From contig NC_068986.1 in assembly GCF_001194135.2 (NCBI RefSeq), positions 10,193,398 through 10,230,637 of the forward strand: 37,240 nt of DNA, read 5' to 3'. How positions within the stretch are numbered: position 1 is the first letter of the stretch; the number at the start of each line of letters is the position of its first letter. Made by a program: the position numbers and the translations under genes. Below the pieces are notes generated by a model that worked only from the letters and a program-made list of their open reading frames with translations, had not been told where the DNA came from and did no database searches. Source of the DNA: Octopus bimaculoides. Lineage: Eukaryota. This document shows, piece after piece, positions 1 to 37,240 of the stretch.

Positions 1-101
1 TGAGTTGAGATTGTGCAGAAGTCGACTTTGTCTTTCATCCTTTCAGGGTCGATTAAATAAGTACCAGTTATACACTGGAGTCGACTCACCCCCTCCCCTG
101 G
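1..101 (+). mobile_element. SINE family A, 3' part (5' end outside window)
   Basis: gtcgactttgtctttcatcctttcagggtcgattaaataagtaccagtt matches the body of the full copy at 26334-26567. Confidence 0.8.
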
Positions 102-291
102 CCTTGTGCCAAAATGTTGACCTTGTGCTAAAATGTTGACTTTGTGCCAAAATGTTGACCTTGTGCCAAAATGCTGGCCTTGTGCCAAAATGTTGGCCTT
201 GTGCCAAAATGTTGACCTTGTGCCAAAATGTTGACCTTGTGCCAAAATGTTGACCTTGTGCCAAAATGCTGGCCTTGTGCCAAAATTTGAA
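102..291 (+). repeat. 19-bp minisatellite (CCTTGTGCCAAAATGTTGA)x10
   Basis: Units start at 102, 121, 140 ... 273 with no spacers. The unit equals the SINE A tail motif ggccttgtgccaaaatttga. Confidence 0.92.
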
Positions 292-744
292 ATCATCATC
301 ATTATTATTATCATTAGTTCGTCCGTCGTTGTTGACGATGGCCAAGGAGAGAGAGAGAGATATCACTTTGTTGTATGGAACCTCACTAAGAACTTTATCA
401 TTAGTTATGAACTGAGTTCTGTATAACCCACTAACCAGTTAAGAATGATGTGTTGGAGAATCTGCTAAGGGAGGTAACTGTATATTTCTCGTGATAAAGT
501 TTCATTGGAGTTACGCACCTTGTTAATAAACCTTATCCTCGCTCAGGATTCCTAAATCGTTGAGCAAATCCATTCATTTAATCAGATTTTGGCCCGTTAA
601 TCTCATTGAATTGAAGATATCATTGCTTTTAGACTAAAGGGTCGTCGTGTTGGTAGTTTTTAAAAACATATTCATGTGCATGTGTTTGTTTATTTTTTTG
701 AAAGAATTGTGGTTCTTCAATGTACTTCTGATGTCTTTTTGTAG

Positions 745-32188
<31,444 letters not shown>

Positions 32189-32509
32189 CGAGGGCATTTT
32201 ATTGGACACAACTCCTTGTTGGAGAAAATGAAGAATGTTACAAATTTCAAGAGAAAACAAAACAAAAAAATTAAAAAGACAAACCTGTTTTCTCTCTCAA
32301 CTTGTTATTTGGCTGGGAGCATGCTTGGCCCCAAAACTTGTTGGATTCCATCAATGTTGGATGAAGATTTCGCTTATTTTTCATTTTCATTTTTTTCCTG
32401 GTTTCTATTTTTTTTTAAAAACTTGTTGGAACTTCAGAGTTGATATTGTTTCTAATCTTTATTATCAGTTTTGTTATAAATTAAAAAGAAAAAAAAAAAT
32501 ATATATTAA

Positions 32510-32567
<58 letters not shown>

Positions 32568-32899
32568 TTCTCCCTCCTAATAGAAACATGTGTACGTGTT
32601 TATATATATATTTATAGTAAAGGTTCCTGGTTTAGTGGTTGGCATATTCAGCTCAGGATCATGTGGTCATCAGTTCGATTTCCAGCAGTGCATTGTGTCC
32701 TTAAGCAAGACACTTTATTTCCTGTTGCTCCTGAGTTGTACCAGTAATTCAAACGGGTTGGCCTTGTCACATTCTGCATCAGGCTGAATCTCCCCAAGCA
32801 GTCCACAAAGTGCTCAACCGCTTGCTCATTAATTTCATGAGCAGGCTGTTTTGTTGATCAGATCAACTGACAACCTACCAGTTATATATATATGTATGC

Positions 32900-33250
32900 C
32901 TGCATGCTTATGTGGTTAAGAAGTTTGCTTGGCAATCATGTGGTTTTAGGTTCAGCCCCATAGTATGCCACCTTGGAGTAACCAATACCTTTTAAGTGGA
33001 ATGCGGTTGGTGGAAACTGTCTTGAAGCCTGCCATCTATTTCCATACACTCATGTGTATGTCTGTATTATGTTTGTGTTCATATTTACACTGGTAAAAAC
33101 CAAACCAGTGTGTTGTTTGTGTCCCTTAACTTAGCAGTTTGATTAGTTGAGTTCCAGACTGAATTAAGTATTGGGGTCAATGTGATTGACTAAAAGAACC
33201 CTTCGAGGCAGTGCCCTAACATGGCTGTAGTCCAATGACTGAAACCAGCA
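32900..33250 (+). mobile_element. SINE family B copy, diverged
   Basis: gtggttaagaagtttgc...ggttcagcccc...gaaactg...aacatggctgtagtccaatgactgaaac. Confidence 0.6.
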
Positions 33251-33329
33251 TAAAAATAAAATAATATACATGATATAATTATATAATGTTAAAAGTAGTT
33301 TTGTGTGACTGTGTCTCATTTTATATGTA

Positions 33330-33367
<38 letters not shown>

Positions 33368-35099
33368 TATACATACATACATTCGATGCTTTTAAAAAAA
33401 CAATATATATATATGTATGTGTGTGTAAGTTATTATATATAATTTGCTGAATTTTCAAATATATGTATTATCCAAATTAATTTGTGTGTATATTTGTGTG
33501 TGTCGATGACCATTTGCGTATGTATATGCAAATATCTGCATGTGAATGTTTGTATGTGACAAGGAGTTGCAATTACTTATTTGAAGCAGATGAAAGGAAT
33601 GGTGGGCATGATTGGTCAGGTGACTTAGAGACATTAAAGACACACCTGAAGCCTCCTATACTCAGGTGTGTCTTTCTTTTTTCTACATCAAGAATCATTT
33701 CTCCAGCACTTTGGTGTTATCCATCAGCACTGGAAACGTTTTTTTTTTTTTATGAAGCATCATCATTTTTAATAACATTAATAATTACAAACACATAATC
33801 ATCCACAATGGATCTATCTAATATGGCAGCCAAATCTCCCTCTTGAATACCACTGCATAATGTAGTTTTTGATTGGTACACACACAAAGACGCGATGGTC
33901 ACGATTGGATTTACTTTGGTCAGGGTGAGGCCAGGGTTAATCAACAACTACAATTCCACCACTTCTATGATGACATGAACAACATTTACAGCAGCTGAAC
34001 AACTCCATCATCATCGTAATTACCATTAACAAGAAAACTTAAACCAACTACATCATCATCTTCATCATAATTCAACACTAACAACAACAACAATTACATT
34101 ACAGCTATATTTTCTATTTTATTTAACTAAAATCTCCTCCCCATCTTGTTTAGCCCTAGGTCATAGATCTGATCCAGCACAATTACCATTGAAGCTATGC
34201 CAACTCTTTGACTCTCCTGTATTATTTAATATGACCTTCCCTTATGTGGCAGAATGTGTTTTGAGGCAGCCATGGCTGCTATGTTGTTGTTTAGCCATGG
34301 GTCAGCTTTAATTGAGCAGAACTATGATCAAAACTGTTTCAGATAGTGACTGTTCCAATGGTCAAAGCCAAACTGGTGTTGTTGCTTATGTCATGTGATG
34401 ACCAAACAGTTGGACAAGAGATCGATAAAATAACTATCAAATTGAAATAGGGACTACAGTTGATGGGATCAACCAAAAACCCTTGAAAGTTGTGCCCCAG
34501 CATGGCCACTGTTCAATAACTGAAACCAATGCAAAAATTAAATATTGTATAATGGTAAGAAATGATTTTGTCTTTGGATATCCTGGATACACACGTCTTC
34601 TGCCCCCTTTTTTTTTTATAGATGTATGGTGTGATTTGCAGGAGATTTGCTTATTATTTCTAGCAGGCTAAACAGCCATGTATGGGACCCCTCTTTGGCT
34701 CATTTTGGTGTTTACATGTGCAGAGAGCAGTGGAATTGGTCAAGAGTCTTGTCCTTCTGTCCCTGGCTAGGAAAGACACTCAACACATATTGGCTCACTT
34801 TGTTTTCAGTATGGAACTGCTAATTACTATAAGAACGCTTTATATAATTAGCAAATATTTTGTTAATGAACCTAGTACTGCATGCTAAGTTCAACCAGTT
34901 TTCCATATAGAAATCTTCTTAGCATCAAAACATTAATTGCCAAAATGATTTTTGTATCCAAATGGTTGAGCTGGTTTGGCACTGCCAAAACTTACCTCAG
35001 CCAGAATATTGACTCCTGCATGTCAGGTGTTAGGTAATATCTTTGTGTGTCTGGAATTTTGTTAACATTACTTTTGTCTATCCATTTCTTTTTCTGTCC

Positions 35100-35500
35100 C
35101 CTATTCCTGGTAGAGTCCTGTCAGAAGTAGGACCAGTTGAGATTACGATTATTATCCAACCATCTCATTCTTGGTCTACCTCTAGGCCTCCTGCTAGTTG
35201 GCTTGGCTTAGCTTGAAGAATGCATCTTACAATTCTTTCCTGAGACATTCTATCACATGTCTGTAGTGCCTGAACTGTAACCTTCCAAAGCAGAGAAGTG
35301 GCAGCTTGACCTGGAGAGTCTCTTTCATCTCCAAGTAATGTTACTTTTGTCTATAAAATTAATCAGAAATCTTTCTAGAGAACTTTTGATCTCAGCAAGC
35401 ACGTCTTCGTTCAGACTAACCAACCTTGTCTAAAGAACTCTCCACAATGATGCTATTCTAGCCAAGAATTCTTCCCACTATGTTTCTGATGCTGACTAGA
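35100..35500 (-). mobile_element. RTE-clade LINE, 3' ORF fragment
   Basis: Minus strand with frameshifts: LQFRHYRHV, MSQERIVRCILQAKP, RRPRGRPRMRWLDN (cf. LRWFGHV...GRPRxRWxD). Confidence 0.75.
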
Positions 35501-35975
35501 AACTCCTTGTAATATTGTCAAATGAATACCACTTCCTGGAGGGCAGGATGTTTTGTCAAAGAGAGTCTGAAATTAGGAACAAATTCTTCCTATTGAATAT
35601 TGGTAGGAACAGTTTTCAACAAATGACTTTTTAGAAACCTTCCTGGCTTGGAACTTTTTGCTGTTGTGTAGCCCCCAAGTCAAAGATGTTCCGGTTGTGA
35701 CCATCCATTTTTATTTCAATGTAGTGCACCAATATCACAATATTCCAATGTGCCATTTAAAAAAAAAAGAAATGGCAGCATGTGATTTGAGGGAAATTTG
35801 GCCGTTGTTTCTAGCCAGAGTCTTTGCCATTAGCTTGCATTGTCAATGCAATTCTTCTTATGTTCTGTTATAAGATAATCCTGGACTTCTCTGCCAAAAT
35901 GCTTTTTACCATTTCTTGCACATACAAAGGTGAATTTTATACTTAAACCAAAATTGTACCAAGTTTAAGGATGAA

Positions 35976-36055
35976 ATATATATATATATATATATATATA
36001 TANNNNNNNNNNNNNNNNNNNNNNNNNNNNNNNNNNNNNNNNNNNNNNNNNNNNN

Positions 36056-36135
<80 letters not shown>
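35976..36135. repeat. (TA)n/(CA)n microsatellite with gap
   Basis: Direct reading. Confidence 0.95.
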
Positions 36136-36834
36136 GCATATACACACAGCATACATGCTTGTATATAAGGAAAGGATCTTTCTAAGAAACTGTCACCCTG
36201 CCCATATCACATTTTCTGATGGTATTGTGAGTGGTTGCTATACTTTTGAAAATAATAAAAGATTTATTCATGTTGATCCAAAAACAAATAAAACAAAACA
36301 TTCTTTTCAAACCTGTTTCATTAAAAAACAATGACAGTCACCCATCAAGTAAAGTTTTCTATTCAAATACATGCAGTATATTAATATGTATATAATATAA
36401 TATATATATGTACATAATATGCTATCCTATATATATCTCTTTCTTTCTGGGGTTATGAATACCGAGTGTGTATTTTTTTTTTTTTTATAAGACATCTGAT
36501 TGCAAGTTACCAAACCATTCACCCATTCATATAAATAATATATTGTAATGTTTGGTTTGAATAACGTGTAAGCATTCCAAATATATATCATTCCATATAT
36601 CTATTGTTGTTGTTTTAATTTTTATTGTTACTCTTCAACCATCTCCCCCCCCCCAAATCTCTTGTAAATTGTTGTTTGTTTTATTTTATAGAAATAAATT
36701 TTTAAATGTTTGTTTATTCCAATCATTTTTTTTTTCATTCACATTTGCTCTTGAGACAGGAATTTGCTGATCCCAAGGAAAAACACACAACAAAAAAATT
36801 AAAGACGAATATTTTGTATATGGATATACATATA

Positions 36835-37212
36835 GGCGTAGGAGTGGCTGTGTGGTAAGTAGCTTGCTTACCAACCACATGGTTCTGGATTCAGTCCCAC
36901 TGCGTGGCACCTTGAGCAAATGTCTTCTACTATAGGCTCGGATTGACCAAAGCCTTGTGAGTGAATTTGGTAGGCGGAAACTGAAAGAAGCCTGTCATAT
37001 ATGTGTGTGTGTGTGTGTGTCTGTGTTTGTCTCCCCACCATTGCTTGACAGCCGATATAGGTGTGTTTACAGTCCTGTAACTTAGTGGTTCAGCAAAAGT
37101 GACTGATAGAATAAGTACTAGACTTACAAAGAATAAGTCATGGGGTTGATTTGTTCAACTAAAGGCAGTGCTCCAGCATGGCCACAGTCAAATGACTGAA
37201 ACAAATAAAGGA
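36835..37212 (+). mobile_element. SINE family B, near full length, young copy
   Basis: ggcgtaggagtggctgtgtggtaagtagcttgc head through cagcatggccacagtcaaatgactgaaac tail; sits in TA-repeat context and retains CpGs. Confidence 0.88.
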
Positions 37213-37240
37213 ATATATATATATATATATATATATATAT

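Noticed and set aside
102-291. CRISPR-like array, or the repeat-protein ORF 43-366 (-)
   Set aside because: Units are contiguous with no unique spacers, the context is eukaryotic, and the ORF is a by-product of the 19-bp period.
1-744. Upstream coding exon or promoter of the gene
   Set aside because: No exon ending in a phase-1 H(S/T)G donor and no start context are visible; the 5' part must lie outside the window.
32189-32560. Polyadenylation site of the RREB1-like gene
   Set aside because: Only ATTAAA variants next to genomic A-runs; the 3' end cannot be placed from sequence alone.

Overview
AT-rich, repeat-dense eukaryotic genomic DNA with several N gaps. It is most likely an octopus: the SINE families and microsatellite-rich introns resemble octopus sequence as I recall it, which is inference and not a database match. 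The window holds one plus-strand multi-exon C2H2 zinc-finger gene, an RREB1/hindsight(pebbled) orthologue. I can join 12 coding exons (745-32188) with canonical AG/GT sites and consistent phases into about 1,080 codons encoding 13 fingers. The 5' exon(s) lie upstream of the window. Introns contain two tRNA-like SINE families, an RTE-tail repeat family, RTE LINE fragments, a Dong/R4-like 3' fragment, an internally deleted mariner, hAT- and piggyBac-like MITEs, mini/microsatellites and a Penelope-type hammerhead relic. The best leads are the apparent loss of the conserved last RREB1 finger, the hammerhead relic, a dense hairpin/four-way-junction cluster in intron 2, and inverted SINE pairs around exons. 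I see no strong evidence for a wholly new biological system.
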